From positions 18,283-82,282 of IMG/VR virus record IMGVR_UViG_3300044259_000028: DNA of 64,000 nucleotides, one strand, 5' to 3'. Source of the DNA: a virus (Duplodnaviria; Heunggongvirae; Uroviricota; Caudoviricetes). Shown in pieces: positions 1 to 9,261 of this stretch (its first letter is position 1; each line of letters starts with the position of its first letter). The position numbers and the translations under genes are program-made. A model generated the notes under the pieces. The model was not told the origin of the DNA and ran no database searches. It was given only the letters and a program-made list of their open reading frames with translations.

Positions 1-73
1 ACTTGTAGCTGAGACAGATTAGCGTGACCCTGAAAAGGTTGAGAGGATGGTGCGTTACCATCTGAGTGCACCA
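1..73 (+). tRNA. tRNA-Phe(GAA)-like; 5' end (2 nt) cut by window edge
   Basis: D-stem gctg/tagc, anticodon arm tgacc-CTGAAAA-ggttg (anticodon GAA, U33, A37), T-arm gatgg-tgcgtta-ccatc, acceptor 3' tgagtgc + A + CCA at 71-73. D-loop lacks GG and T-loop lacks TTC. Confidence 0.4.
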
Positions 74-86
74 AAGATCAATGTAT

Positions 87-176
87 GTGAGCTAAATATT
101 GGCTTAAGTTAGCGCGGACTGTAAATCCGTAGTCGGCTAGACCGGGTGATTGGTTCAACTCCATTACTTCGTACCA
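87..176 (+). ncRNA. tRNA-Tyr(GTA)-like element, possibly a degenerate tRNA
   Basis: Anticodon arm gcgga-CTGTAAA-tccgt (114-130), variable hairpin, T-arm attgg-TTCAACT-ccatt, ACCA 3' end. The 5' acceptor and D-arm pair poorly (one C-C mismatch, no clean D-stem). Confidence 0.25.
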
Positions 177-181
177 AACAT

Positions 182-268
182 GGAAGATTAACTAGCTAGG
201 GCTAGCACATCCTGCTAAGATGTTGGAATTAGAAATAGTTTGTGGATCAGGGCCACAATTTTCCGCCA
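182..268 (+). tRNA. tRNA-Ser(GCT) candidate, type II, 87 nt
   Basis: Acceptor ggaagat/attttcc (1 G-U), D-stem ctag/ctag with GG in loop, anticodon arm acatc-CTGCTAA-gatgt, 17-nt variable region, T-arm tgtgg-atcaggg-ccaca (atypical loop), G + CCA. Confidence 0.45.
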
Positions 269-405
269 AGTAGGCTTGCTATTTGCTCATTGTGAGGAAA
301 TATGCTTATAGGTTCTCTAGTCCTTAAAATCAAACTAGACGGACAGCCGGGGAAGGAGCGGCCAGATGGATTTAGACGGCACTGTAAAAGCCGAATACAG
401 AACAT

Positions 406-498
406 GGAAGGTCAATCCGATGGCTGGCGACGGAACTAGTCTTGAAAACTAGCGAGCAATGAAATGCCTTAAGAGTTCGATCCTCTTCCCTTCCGCCA
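406..498 (+). tRNA. tRNA-Ser(TGA)
   Basis: Resembles E. coli tRNA-Ser(UGA) as recalled from memory: acceptor ggaaggt/cccttcc, D-arm tccg..cgga, anticodon arm ctagt-CTTGAAA-actag, long variable arm, T-arm aagag-TTCGATC-ctctt, G-CCA. Confidence 0.8.
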
Positions 499-655
499 TA
501 TAAGTATGCTCCTGATCCCTGTTTACGGTTCTACTCGACATACAACTATAGGTTCAACGTAGATTAGTTTGGGCAGCGCACCTTAACGCAAAGAACGTTG
601 TGATGATACTAAAGTATATGACTTTTAGCGTATGGGAAAGAAATACGATTACAAC

Positions 656-731
656 GGTTCTGTAGTTAAACTGGTTATAACTATGGCTTGATAAGCCATC
701 ATTCCGTGTTCGATCCACGGTGGAACTACCA
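656..731 (+). tRNA. tRNA-Ile(GAT)
   Basis: 76 nt. Acceptor ggttctg/tggaact (4 WC + 3 G-U), D-stem gtta/taac with GG loop, anticodon arm atggc-TTGATAA-gccat, 4-nt variable, T-arm ccgtg-TTCGATC-cacgg, A-CCA. Confidence 0.6.
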
Positions 732-742
732 AGAATTCAGTC

Positions 743-817
743 ATCGTTTGAGCCAGATGGGACGGCAGGAGGTTTTGACCATTCTATGAACAGGTTCGAT
801 TCCTGTAAGCGGTGCCA
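743..817 (+). tRNA. tRNA-Gln(TTG) candidate
   Basis: 75 nt. Acceptor atcgttt/aagcggt (2 G-U), D-stem gcc/ggc with GG loop, anticodon loop TTTTGAC (anticodon TTG, like E. coli tRNA-Gln loop as recalled from memory; stem has one G-A mismatch), T-arm acagg-TTCGATT-cctgt, G-CCA. Confidence 0.5.
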
Positions 818-1051
818 TAATATCATTATACCCGCATGTTCCAAGGCTGGCGAATTTGGCTCCAAACCAGATTGTGGTGCGTTCAATTCGATACCGGGTA
901 TGCATACTAGGACACGCACAGTGTTCTGCTGCCAGTAAGCCCTTTTGACCTAATTCGTCGTGGGTGATGCTGCTGGCTAGAAGGAGAGGATAGGAGTAAG
1001 TCTTATCGGATATTAAGCACGGTTGGTTGGCTATAATATTGAGATTAATGA

Positions 1052-1090
1052 AGCCCTGCTAACAAAATGTTAGTGGGGCTTTTCTATTTT
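1052..1090 (+). terminator. Rho-independent terminator-like hairpin closing the tRNA cluster
   Basis: agccctg ctaaca aaa tgttag tggggct followed by tttctatttt. Overlaps the spurious 5' extension of the 1067 ORF. Confidence 0.4.
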
Positions 1091-1102
1091 AGGAGAATTA
1101 AA

Positions 1103-2545
1103 ATGAGTAATGACGTAGATGGCAAGGTTTATGGACCATGCTCCGTCAAACAGCAGATGGTATTGCTAGAAAATGAAGTAGATATCTTATTAACAGGTGG
1201 TGGTGCAGGGGGTGGAAAGACACAATGTGCACTTATGAAAGCACTTAGTTATATCGATGATCCACATGCACGTGTGCTAATTATGCGTGCATCTTACCCA
1301 TTGCTAAAATCGATTGGTGGATTATGGTCAACAGCAATGGAGATGTACTCTGACTTCGGTGCAAAACCTCGCTTCCAAGCCTTAGAGTTCATCTTCCCAT
1401 CAAAGGCTATTATTAAGCTTGTGGCGATTCCTGATAACCTACAAGAGGTACAGGGATGGCAACCTACACATGTACTGTTTGACGAGGCTACAGAGGCTTC
1501 ATTAGATGCTATTTTAGCTGTTCAAGCACGTATCCGTAGTGCAAGCTATAAAGGTCCTAAAATGAGTATGATGCTTACTTGTAATCCTGACCGTAAGAGT
1601 TGGCTGTATGATTGGGTTGCATACTCCCTAGACGAATACGGAGTACCGAAGAAAGGTACTGAGCATATTACACGATATTTTGTCAACCAGAATGGTAAAA
1701 TTCTTTGGGGAAATAGTGTAGAGGAGCTTTATGCAGAGCATGGTAAAGGTAAAGTTTTAGGAAAAACTTTTATTCCATTGAGCTTTAAGTTTATCCCGTT
1801 AACGATTGATGATAACCCTGCCCTAGACAAGGCAATGCCTTCATATCGTGCAAACCTTCTAGCACAGTCACGTGTAAACCAGCTACGATTACTTCATGGA
1901 AGCTGGACAGCAGTTATGGAAGGCAGTAGTAATTTCCGTAGAGAATGGATTAACTTTGTTGATAATCCACCTGTAAATCCTACTTCAAAGGTCCGTAGTT
2001 GGGACTTAGCACACTCTATTCCAAGCGAAGTATATCCCAACCCCGACTGGACAGCAGGCGTATTAATGAGTAGAACAAAGGAAGGCCGCTACACAGTTGA
2101 GCACGTAAAACGTTTCCGAAAGCTTACAGATGGTGTTGTGAATGAGATTATCGACACATCGATACATGAGGATGGTATTTCTACTCCTGTGACTATCCCA
2201 AAAGATAATGGTGGTGGTAAGGCTGCTTCTATGTTCTTCCTAAGAACATTTGCAGAAGCTGGAATGAATACCAGAGGGATCGGTATCACTGGGCATAGTA
2301 GTAAAATGCAGCGTTTCCTACCATTTTGTAGACTAGCTGAAGCAGGGCTTGTAGATATTGTTCGTGGGGACTGGAATGAGGATTTTCTAACAGAGTTAGA
2401 GTTATTTGATGGAAGTAGGAACATTAAGGACGATCAGGTTGACTCTTGTTCCGATGCTTTTAACACATTGGCAAAACAGACAACTGTCCCTACTATTTTT
2501 GTTCCAGATATGACTACCCCGTCCATTTTACCACGTTTAAATTAA
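1103..2545 (+). CDS. terL: Terminase large subunit
   Basis: AGGAG RBS before ATG at 1103. Walker A LLTGGGAGGGKT and Walker B VLFDEATEA. C-terminal nuclease-type region. ~480 aa. Confidence 0.9.
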   Translation: MSNDVDGKVYGPCSVKQQMVLLENEVDILLTGGGAGGGKTQCALMKALSYIDDPHARVLIMRASYPLLKSIGGLWSTAMEMYSDFGAKPRFQALEFIFPSKAIIKLVAIPDNLQEVQGWQPTHVLFDEATEASLDAILAVQARIRSASYKGPKMSMMLTCNPDRKSWLYDWVAYSLDEYGVPKKGTEHITRYFVNQNGKILWGNSVEELYAEHGKGKVLGKTFIPLSFKFIPLTIDDNPALDKAMPSYRANLLAQSRVNQLRLLHGSWTAVMEGSSNFRREWINFVDNPPVNPTSKVRSWDLAHSIPSEVYPNPDWTAGVLMSRTKEGRYTVEHVKRFRKLTDGVVNEIIDTSIHEDGISTPVTIPKDNGGGKAASMFFLRTFAEAGMNTRGIGITGHSSKMQRFLPFCRLAEAGLVDIVRGDWNEDFLTELELFDGSRNIKDDQVDSCSDAFNTLAKQTTVPTIFVPDMTTPSILPRLN

Positions 2546-2572
2546 CCATGCAAGCGATTATTTTGCATTTTC

Positions 2573-2601
2573 TTGACAAATTGTAATAAATGAGTTATAA
2601 T
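2573..2601 (+). promoter_or_regulatory. Consensus sigma70 promoter (TTGACA-17-TATAAT) upstream of portal gene
   Basis: ttgaca at 2573-2578, 17-nt spacer, tataat at 2596-2601. Confidence 0.6.
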
Positions 2602-2629
2602 CGCTTCATATTTAACAGAAGGAGTATTT

Positions 2630-4129
2630 ATGGCAGATGCTGAAAAAGCTCAAGCTGGATTGGCGGCCGACTCCGGGATTCCAATTCCTCGTATGAGCGT
2701 TGCAACAGAAGTTGGTTTTACAGGTCTTAGAACTACGAACGGACTGATTATCGAAGAGGCTAACCGTGTGTTTAGATACCCTTCGATGCTAAAAGTAGTT
2801 TCTGAAATGAAGACTGATCCTACAGTTAGTGCCGCATTGAATACGTTAAAAATGCTTATTAGTGGTGCTAAATGGAAAGTAAAACCTCCTGTCAACGCTA
2901 CACAAGCAGATATTAACCGTGCCAACTTCATTGAGAGTTGCATGATGGACATGGAAAACACATGGCCGCAGTTTATTGCAGAAGTAACAACATACTTAGA
3001 GTATGGATTTTCTGTGCAAGAAAAAGTATTCCGTAGACGACTAATCAGAAACGGAAGCCGTTTTAATGATGGCTTAGTAGGTTTAAGAAAGATCGCTCCA
3101 CGTAGTCAAGACACAATTAGACACTGGCATTTTTCAGAAGATGGCAGAACGCTAGAAAGTATTGGTCAGAGTTTAGTCAATATGGAAAACGGTGCAAGAT
3201 ATCAAGTTCTTGCTGATTCCCGAGACGGACTTATCACAATTGACCGTTCAAAGTTCTTATTATTCTCAGCAGACAGTGTAAAGAGTAATCCTGAAGGTAA
3301 ATCGATTCTTAAATCAGTGTATCTTCCTTATAAGCAGCTTACATTACTGAAAGATCAACTATTCTTAGGTATTGCTAAAGACTTATCTGCTATCCCGATT
3401 GTATCTTTACCTCCTAAGCTGATGGACCCTAACGGTAGTCCTGAAGATGTAGCAGCATACCAAGCTTACCAGACCCTTGTAAACAATGTAGCAGCAGGTA
3501 CACAGCGCGGTGTGATTATGCCAGCAATGTACGACCCTGATACACGACAACCTATTTTTGATTTTAAGCTTCTGGAAGCTAAGGGAACTAACAAGTTTAA
3601 CCTACCTGAAGTAATTAAGCAACTACAAAATGATATTTTAATGGCACTCTCATGTGATGTTATCACGATGGGCGCAGACATTAATGGCTCGTTTAGTATC
3701 CGTGACACGAAGACAAACCTTTGTGCAATGGCTGTAGAACATCGCCTTAATGAAATCAGAGATGTACTTAACGGTGATCTGATTCCGCAATTATACGCCC
3801 TTAACGGATGGAGTCAAGAGAATTTACCGACATTTGAATTCGGAGATATCGTTGATGTTGATTCTGAAGCGTTCTCTAAGTTGATTCAGCGTACTGCATC
3901 GGTTGGACTTGTCGAAGTTGATAGAGCCGTTCTGAATAAGATCAGAGAGGTCATCGGTGTACCGACTAAGGCTGATGATGAGCCTGTTGATTCTGCCAGT
4001 TTATCTGGAGCAACCAGTAAATCTGGTGCAGGAATGGAAGTAGGAACAACTGGCAATGGCACAGCTAAGATTGGTGGTAACAGTTCATCGACTGATGCCT
4101 CAGCATCTAATGCTGATAACGCTGCTTAA
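2630..4129 (+). CDS. Portal protein
   Basis: 499 aa directly after terL. Acidic Gly/Ser-rich C-terminus. Size and position typical of a portal. Confidence 0.75.
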   Translation: MADAEKAQAGLAADSGIPIPRMSVATEVGFTGLRTTNGLIIEEANRVFRYPSMLKVVSEMKTDPTVSAALNTLKMLISGAKWKVKPPVNATQADINRANFIESCMMDMENTWPQFIAEVTTYLEYGFSVQEKVFRRRLIRNGSRFNDGLVGLRKIAPRSQDTIRHWHFSEDGRTLESIGQSLVNMENGARYQVLADSRDGLITIDRSKFLLFSADSVKSNPEGKSILKSVYLPYKQLTLLKDQLFLGIAKDLSAIPIVSLPPKLMDPNGSPEDVAAYQAYQTLVNNVAAGTQRGVIMPAMYDPDTRQPIFDFKLLEAKGTNKFNLPEVIKQLQNDILMALSCDVITMGADINGSFSIRDTKTNLCAMAVEHRLNEIRDVLNGDLIPQLYALNGWSQENLPTFEFGDIVDVDSEAFSKLIQRTASVGLVEVDRAVLNKIREVIGVPTKADDEPVDSASLSGATSKSGAGMEVGTTGNGTAKIGGNSSSTDASASNADNAA

Positions 4130-4174
4130 ACTATTTAGAGCAGGTAAGTCCTGCTCATTATTGAAAGGTAATAA

Positions 4175-4939
4175 ATGGCTAATAAATCAGACTGGGCTTA
4201 CACGCCTACTGATAATCCATCAGATTGGAAGCTAAATATTTCGGATAAACGACATGTCGCAGCAGCAGTTGCAGCATTGGGAAAAGGTTTTAGAGGAAAT
4301 AAGGTAAGTATTCCACAAGGTGATTTACAGAAAGTTAAGAATAAAGTAGCAGCAGCTTATAAAAAGTTCTTCCCTGATAATGACACACCTCCTGTTCTAA
4401 AGTCTTTAGACGTTGCTATCAACGGAAATGATGTTGTAGACGAGGCGCTACTTGGGACTATTGTAACAGCAATTGCAAGCTTCTTCCGAACTAAAGAGTA
4501 TCAAGATGCATGGATTGATGAATGCGAAGACTACGCTGAAGAGATGCTTAGCGAAATGGGAGTTATTCCCACAGAGGATATGCAGGTTGTTAAGGCCCTG
4601 AATCCTGAGCTACGACAAGCGACATATGTTGTTCTTGAGCCTAATAAAGTAGACCTACAAGGCGACACATACGATGAAGTTGAAGTCTCAAAAGCTTGTC
4701 ATAACTTCTGGGCGTTCTGTCAAAAAGCATATGTAGATCACACATCTGAAACTGTAGGTGCAAAGATTGTAGAAAACTACATCGCGCCTGTTGATATGGT
4801 GGTAGGTGAAACTAAAGTTGAAAAAGGTACATGGCTACAAGTTTGGCAGTTTGATACGCAACTTTGGGAATCAGTTAAAGACGGAACTTACACAGGTGTA
4901 AGTATTGGCGCTTATGCTAAAACAGAGGAACTTGAATGA
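4175..4939 (+). CDS. Head morphogenesis protein (putative prohead protease or scaffold-associated, lambda gpC-like by position)
   Basis: 254 aa between portal and scaffold. Acidic. No clear catalytic motif read. Confidence 0.35.
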   Translation: MANKSDWAYTPTDNPSDWKLNISDKRHVAAAVAALGKGFRGNKVSIPQGDLQKVKNKVAAAYKKFFPDNDTPPVLKSLDVAINGNDVVDEALLGTIVTAIASFFRTKEYQDAWIDECEDYAEEMLSEMGVIPTEDMQVVKALNPELRQATYVVLEPNKVDLQGDTYDEVEVSKACHNFWAFCQKAYVDHTSETVGAKIVENYIAPVDMVVGETKVEKGTWLQVWQFDTQLWESVKDGTYTGVSIGAYAKTEELE

Positions 4940-5511
4940 CTACTGCAAAACGAAAATTAAGCGAATTTGATTTCAGTAAAAAGGGTTGTCACATCTCCCT
5001 TGTAGGACCATCACTAGGTGGACCAGCAAATGGTGTAACAACTCTTGTAGTGAAATCTCTATCCCCTACAGGGGCAACAAAAGACCCTAACGGGGAAGGA
5101 AATGAAATGTCAAAAGAAATGATTGAGAAAAGTGCTGTAGAAGCTATGGTAACTAAGGCAGTCGAAGAAGCTGTTAAAGCTGTTCAAGGTAAGGCTGATG
5201 CAGCTATTGCTGAACTGACAGCACTAAAAGCTGCTAATGTTAATCAAGTACAAGCTGTCCGCAAATCTAAGCTTGCAGCAGTAGTTGGAGATGCACAGGC
5301 TGAAGCAACCATTGTTGCAATTAAAGACCTCGATGAAGCCGCATTTGAAACTGTGCTAAAAGGTTTTGAAGCAGCAAAGAGTGTTGAAGGTAAAGGCGCA
5401 CTTTTTACTGAAAAAGGTGTAGATGGTAAAGCTGACTTGAAAAAAGTTACTGAAGACGCTGAATCGAACGGTGTAATGGACTACCTGAAGTCTAAATACG
5501 CACCAAAATAA
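4936..5511 (+). CDS. Scaffolding protein
   Basis: 191 aa, Ala/Lys/Glu-rich helical or coiled-coil composition. Translationally coupled (ATGA overlap) and sits just before the decoration and capsid genes. Confidence 0.5.
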   Translation: MTTAKRKLSEFDFSKKGCHISLVGPSLGGPANGVTTLVVKSLSPTGATKDPNGEGNEMSKEMIEKSAVEAMVTKAVEEAVKAVQGKADAAIAELTALKAANVNQVQAVRKSKLAAVVGDAQAEATIVAIKDLDEAAFETVLKGFEAAKSVEGKGALFTEKGVDGKADLKKVTEDAESNGVMDYLKSKYAPK

Positions 5512-5535
5512 TCCACTAATTAAAAAGGAAAAACA

Positions 5536-5964
5536 ATGACTGTTATTGCTACAGAAGGCCAATTCAGCCGTTTTAGCTCACTAGTTAAAATTAATGATAC
5601 GCCAGAAAAATTTGAGTTCCACACTGATTTAGTAACTGCTAATGAAACTGCAATTACCACTTACCAGCTTGGAACTGTTCTAGGTAAAGTTACTGCAACT
5701 GGTAAGTACATCGTATCGAAACAGGCAGCTTCAGATGGTTCGCAGGTTCCTGCTGCTATCTACCTAGGTAACTCGTTCGGTGCTATCGACTCGGTTACTC
5801 TTGCAGCTACTACTGACACGAAAGTGCTTGCACTGACTCGCGGTAAAGTAATCGTTGCTCTAGAAGCTCTGAAACTTGACGCATCATTCTCAAGTGCTGC
5901 TCAGAAACAGTTTGCTTACGATAGCCTGAAGGCCGTAAACATTCTAGTTGAAGCTTCTAACTAA
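5536..5964 (+). CDS. Head decoration protein (lambda gpD-like)
   Basis: 142 aa immediately upstream of the major capsid protein. Thr/Ala/Ser-rich beta-type sequence. Confidence 0.4.
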   Translation: MTVIATEGQFSRFSSLVKINDTPEKFEFHTDLVTANETAITTYQLGTVLGKVTATGKYIVSKQAASDGSQVPAAIYLGNSFGAIDSVTLAATTDTKVLALTRGKVIVALEALKLDASFSSAAQKQFAYDSLKAVNILVEASN

Positions 5965-6030
5965 TAAGCTACAAAGAGGGACAGGATTTCTGTTCCTCGT
6001 CTCTCTTAAATAAAGTAAAGGAAATAATAA

Positions 6031-7071
6031 ATGATTACTCGTGATTTTGGCGCTAATGGTCAATTTACCGTATCGGACTGGACACAAGAGCTTAACGTAA
6101 TCCCTAACCAATGGGGTACTATCGGCCAACTTGGTATCTTCACTGAAGAAGGTGTCGCAGAACATGTTGTGCAATTTGAAGAAATCATCAAAGACGGAGC
6201 ACTGATTGTTGACCGTGTACGTGGTGACCGTTCTAATGTTGGTCGTGATGCTTCTCGTAAGATTCACTCGTTTAGCGTACCACACTTCCCAATGGAAGAT
6301 GCGATTTATCCACAGGATATTCAAGGTAAGCGTGCTTACGGTTCTGCTACCGAGGCTGAGACTTTTGACCTAGTTCGCGCCCGTAAGATGGAGCGTATCC
6401 GTCAGAACCATGCATGGACTCTGGAAGCTGCACGTGCACAGGCTATCGTTCTAGGTACCGTGTATGCCCCTAACGGAACTGTGTCGCAAGACTGGTATCA
6501 GGAAATGACCGGCGCTGCTCGTCCAGCCGCTATTGACTTCCTGCTAGGAACTTCAACTACTGAGATTATCGGTAAGATTGAGCAAGCAATTGCTACGATT
6601 CAAGACAACGCTTCTGGTGAAAACTTCACTGGTATCGTCGCCCTGTGTGGTCCAACGTTCTTCGCTAAACTGATTAGTCACCCAACTGTCAAACAAGCTT
6701 ACCAATACTACACAAGTTCGCAAGAACCTCTGCGTAACCGTCTATCGGCTGGTGGTGGTAACTCGACAACTGTTCGTGGACGTGAGTTCCAATACGGTGG
6801 TGTGACCTTCAAGGAAATGCGCGATACCTACGCAGGACAAGCAATGATCCCTACCGGTGATTGCTACTTCCTACCACTAGGTGCTTCGTGCTTCCGTACC
6901 TACTTCTCGCCAGCTAACCGTTTCGGTTTGGTTAACACCATTGGTGAGCAAGTGTACATGTTTGAACAAGCTGCTCCTAACGGTACTGCTTACAGTATCG
7001 AAACAGAATCGAACTTCGTGAACGCTATCCTGCGCCCACTGCTGATCGTTAAAGCAAACTCAAGCAACTAA
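6031..7071 (+). CDS. Major capsid protein (lambda gpE-like)
   Basis: 346 aa. Position after the scaffold and decoration genes. Resembles the capsid protein E family as recalled from memory. Followed by a strong terminator. Confidence 0.7.
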   Translation: MITRDFGANGQFTVSDWTQELNVIPNQWGTIGQLGIFTEEGVAEHVVQFEEIIKDGALIVDRVRGDRSNVGRDASRKIHSFSVPHFPMEDAIYPQDIQGKRAYGSATEAETFDLVRARKMERIRQNHAWTLEAARAQAIVLGTVYAPNGTVSQDWYQEMTGAARPAAIDFLLGTSTTEIIGKIEQAIATIQDNASGENFTGIVALCGPTFFAKLISHPTVKQAYQYYTSSQEPLRNRLSAGGGNSTTVRGREFQYGGVTFKEMRDTYAGQAMIPTGDCYFLPLGASCFRTYFSPANRFGLVNTIGEQVYMFEQAAPNGTAYSIETESNFVNAILRPLLIVKANSSN

Positions 7072-7080
7072 TAATTGCAA

Positions 7081-7104
7081 GCAGCCTCTTCGGAGGCTGT
7101 TATT
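7081..7104 (+). terminator. Rho-independent terminator after the capsid gene
   Basis: cagcctc-ttcg-gaggctg hairpin followed by ttattt. Confidence 0.65.
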
Positions 7105-7157
7105 TAAAATAATCTGGCAGTCGGAAAGATAAGTTACCCGGTGAGATTATTTTAAAT
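7100..7157. repeat. Perfect 14-bp inverted repeat (tatttaaaataatc ... gattattttaaata) flanking a 30-bp spacer
   Basis: Read directly. Lies between the capsid terminator and the RBS of the 7175 gene. Confidence 0.8.
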
Positions 7158-7174
7158 AACATGAAAGGAATGAA

Positions 7175-7639
7175 ATGATTTTAGACCCTACTACAAATAT
7201 AGGAAAAATGCGCTTACGAGTAGGTGACTATTCTGATCTTCCTATTTTCCCTGATGAAGTGTACCAGTCAGCTTTAGATGACTCTCAAGGTAACCTACCG
7301 AGAGGGTGTGTCTTAGTTGCTCAATACATCTTAGCAACATTAACAGGTCAGACCCATCAGAAGCTTGCACAAATTGAAGTATACGGTGGAGAATGGTTTA
7401 ATAACTACTTGGCTTTCGTCAAGGCAACTATTCTAAATCCTAACTTAATGACTTTCAATCCGCTTCCATATACACCTCAGACAGTTGATGCTTGGGGTAA
7501 CCCGATGGAAGTGCCACTGATTCAGTTCCAAAAAGATTGGAATGCAAATTATGCATACGGTACACAAAGTCAACTTATGAATCTCACAGCACAGTTTTCA
7601 CCTACGTATCCCGGATTTGACGGTACTAATTATTTTTAA
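7175..7639 (+). CDS. Head completion or head-tail connector protein (putative)
   Basis: 154 aa, in the neck-gene position. Confidence 0.3.
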   Translation: MILDPTTNIGKMRLRVGDYSDLPIFPDEVYQSALDDSQGNLPRGCVLVAQYILATLTGQTHQKLAQIEVYGGEWFNNYLAFVKATILNPNLMTFNPLPYTPQTVDAWGNPMEVPLIQFQKDWNANYAYGTQSQLMNLTAQFSPTYPGFDGTNYF

Positions 7640-7647
7640 GGAATATT

Positions 7648-8028
7648 ATGGCGTTATTAAATCCTATCATTAGAACTATTAATAACCTAATGACACAATA
7701 CGGTGGAACATGTGTAGTAAGTATTATAACAGAGGGTCCGTATGATTTAGAAACATCTACGGTCCCAATCATCAGGTCAGACTATACATGTAAAAGCATT
7801 GCTTTTGACTACTTACAGAGAATGCAAGGTATAGGATTTGAAACTAATACACTAGTACGCTCAGGTGACAAACAGATTTTTGTGAAAATGGTAGATGGTA
7901 TGCCATTACCTACTCCGGGAACTGATTCGATTACTTACATGGGAAAAAAGATGAACATTGTAACTGTTAAAGACTACAACCCTTCTGGAAACTATTCCTA
8001 TGTACTGGAAATTTTTGCGAGGGAATAA
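7648..8028 (+). CDS. Head-tail joining protein (putative)
   Basis: 126 aa. ATGG stop/start overlap with the next gene. Confidence 0.3.
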   Translation: MALLNPIIRTINNLMTQYGGTCVVSIITEGPYDLETSTVPIIRSDYTCKSIAFDYLQRMQGIGFETNTLVRSGDKQIFVKMVDGMPLPTPGTDSITYMGKKMNIVTVKDYNPSGNYSYVLEIFARE

Positions 8029-8450
8029 TGGGATTTGGCGATTCAGTTAGGGCTTCTGCTAATAAAATGAAACAACAGTTAAATGATAAGGCTACAGAAA
8101 TTGCTGTTGAGCTATATGAAAAAACTGTTGAGTTGACGCCAGTAGGCAGTCCTACAAATAAGAAGCACGGAGAACTTAAGAATAATTGGTTTGTAGGAAT
8201 TGGAAGTGTTAATAAATCTTACACACCAAACTTTGATGATAATGGGACAGCTAGTTTATTCAGGATATATTCTATCAGAAAATCCAATGCATTCTTAGGT
8301 AAAGACAATGTAGTAACACTGACAAACACAGTGGACTATGGCTTTCGCGCTGAGTATGCAGGTTGGCCTTCTCCTAAATGGAATAACACACTTCCTTATG
8401 CAATGATGCGAAACGCATTAACAATCGTATCAACAAAGTATAAGAGGTAA
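8028..8450 (+). CDS. Tail completion protein (putative)
   Basis: 140 aa, position. Confidence 0.3.
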   Translation: MGFGDSVRASANKMKQQLNDKATEIAVELYEKTVELTPVGSPTNKKHGELKNNWFVGIGSVNKSYTPNFDDNGTASLFRIYSIRKSNAFLGKDNVVTLTNTVDYGFRAEYAGWPSPKWNNTLPYAMMRNALTIVSTKYKR

Positions 8451-8453
8451 TAA

Positions 8454-8840
8454 ATGTCAATCAGAAGCGAATTAGAAGCACCTCTGGTCCAGTATGGTAT
8501 TCAGAAAAACATACCAGTTGCACTAGAGAATAAAAAATTTACAAAACCTTCAACTGGTAGCTACTTAGAAATTCTTTTACTATCAACACACTCAATTAAT
8601 AGAGATGTTGCAGCAAAAGGTGTCCGCACTTATGGAAAAGCTCAGATTAATGTCTACAGTGAGCTAGGAACTGGTATGGGACTGCTTGAGTCATTGGCAG
8701 ATGAAGTAAAGAATCTTTATCCGGTGATCCCAAAATTAGGGATCGTTAGTATCGAAAAACCTTGTGATGAAGGTGACACATACGTATCGGGTAATTTTAT
8801 GTGCCTACCTATCACGGTAAGCTACAGGGTAGAAACGTAA
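8454..8840 (+). CDS. Tail terminator-like protein (putative)
   Basis: 128 aa, position relative to the major tail protein. Confidence 0.3.
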   Translation: MSIRSELEAPLVQYGIQKNIPVALENKKFTKPSTGSYLEILLLSTHSINRDVAAKGVRTYGKAQINVYSELGTGMGLLESLADEVKNLYPVIPKLGIVSIEKPCDEGDTYVSGNFMCLPITVSYRVET

Positions 8841-8886
8841 TCTATCCTAATAACGCCGAGAGGCAACTTTTTAAAAAGGAAATTAA

Positions 8887-9243
8887 ATGGCAGTTATCGC
8901 TATCACTACACGTACTCAGGCACCTGTAGCTGTGACAGTTAACACTCTAACAGCATCAGATACTCTTGCATACGTGGCAAATGCAAATCAAGTAATTGAA
9001 TTCCGTAACACTACAGCGTCTCCTGTTACCGTCGCTATTAAAGGGGCTGGAGCTAGTGCAACATTCCCAATTCCGGGTACAGCAGGAACTACTGTTGACC
9101 TGACAGGTGGCAAGTCTATCACTGTTCCGGGCGTTATTGGGGCTACTGTTGCTCTGAGTCTAGATGCTCTACCATCGTACCTGATTGGTGCGGTTACGGT
9201 TACAAACGGAACGGGCTTAACTGCTACTGTTCTATCGAACTAA
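8887..9243 (+). CDS. Structural protein, Thr/Val/Ala-rich (Ig-like?)
   Basis: 118 aa, good RBS. Confidence 0.3.
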   Translation: MAVIAITTRTQAPVAVTVNTLTASDTLAYVANANQVIEFRNTTASPVTVAIKGAGASATFPIPGTAGTTVDLTGGKSITVPGVIGATVALSLDALPSYLIGAVTVTNGTGLTATVLSN

Positions 9244-9261
9244 TCTTAGAAGGAGATTTAA

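Noticed and set aside
377-393. Second CTGTAAA (Tyr-type) anticodon-like hairpin
   Set aside because: No T-arm or acceptor can be assembled around it. Likely a fragment or coincidence. Mentioned only as a possible tRNA remnant.
720-938. 72-aa + strand ORF (and 737..919 on -) in the tRNA region
   Set aside because: It overlaps the tRNA-Ile and tRNA-Gln genes, has no RBS and reads as low-complexity translation. Spurious.
1067-1102. 5' extension of the terL ORF (MLVGLFYFRRIK)
   Set aside because: It lies inside the terminator hairpin and T-run. An AGGAG RBS precedes the ATG at 1103.
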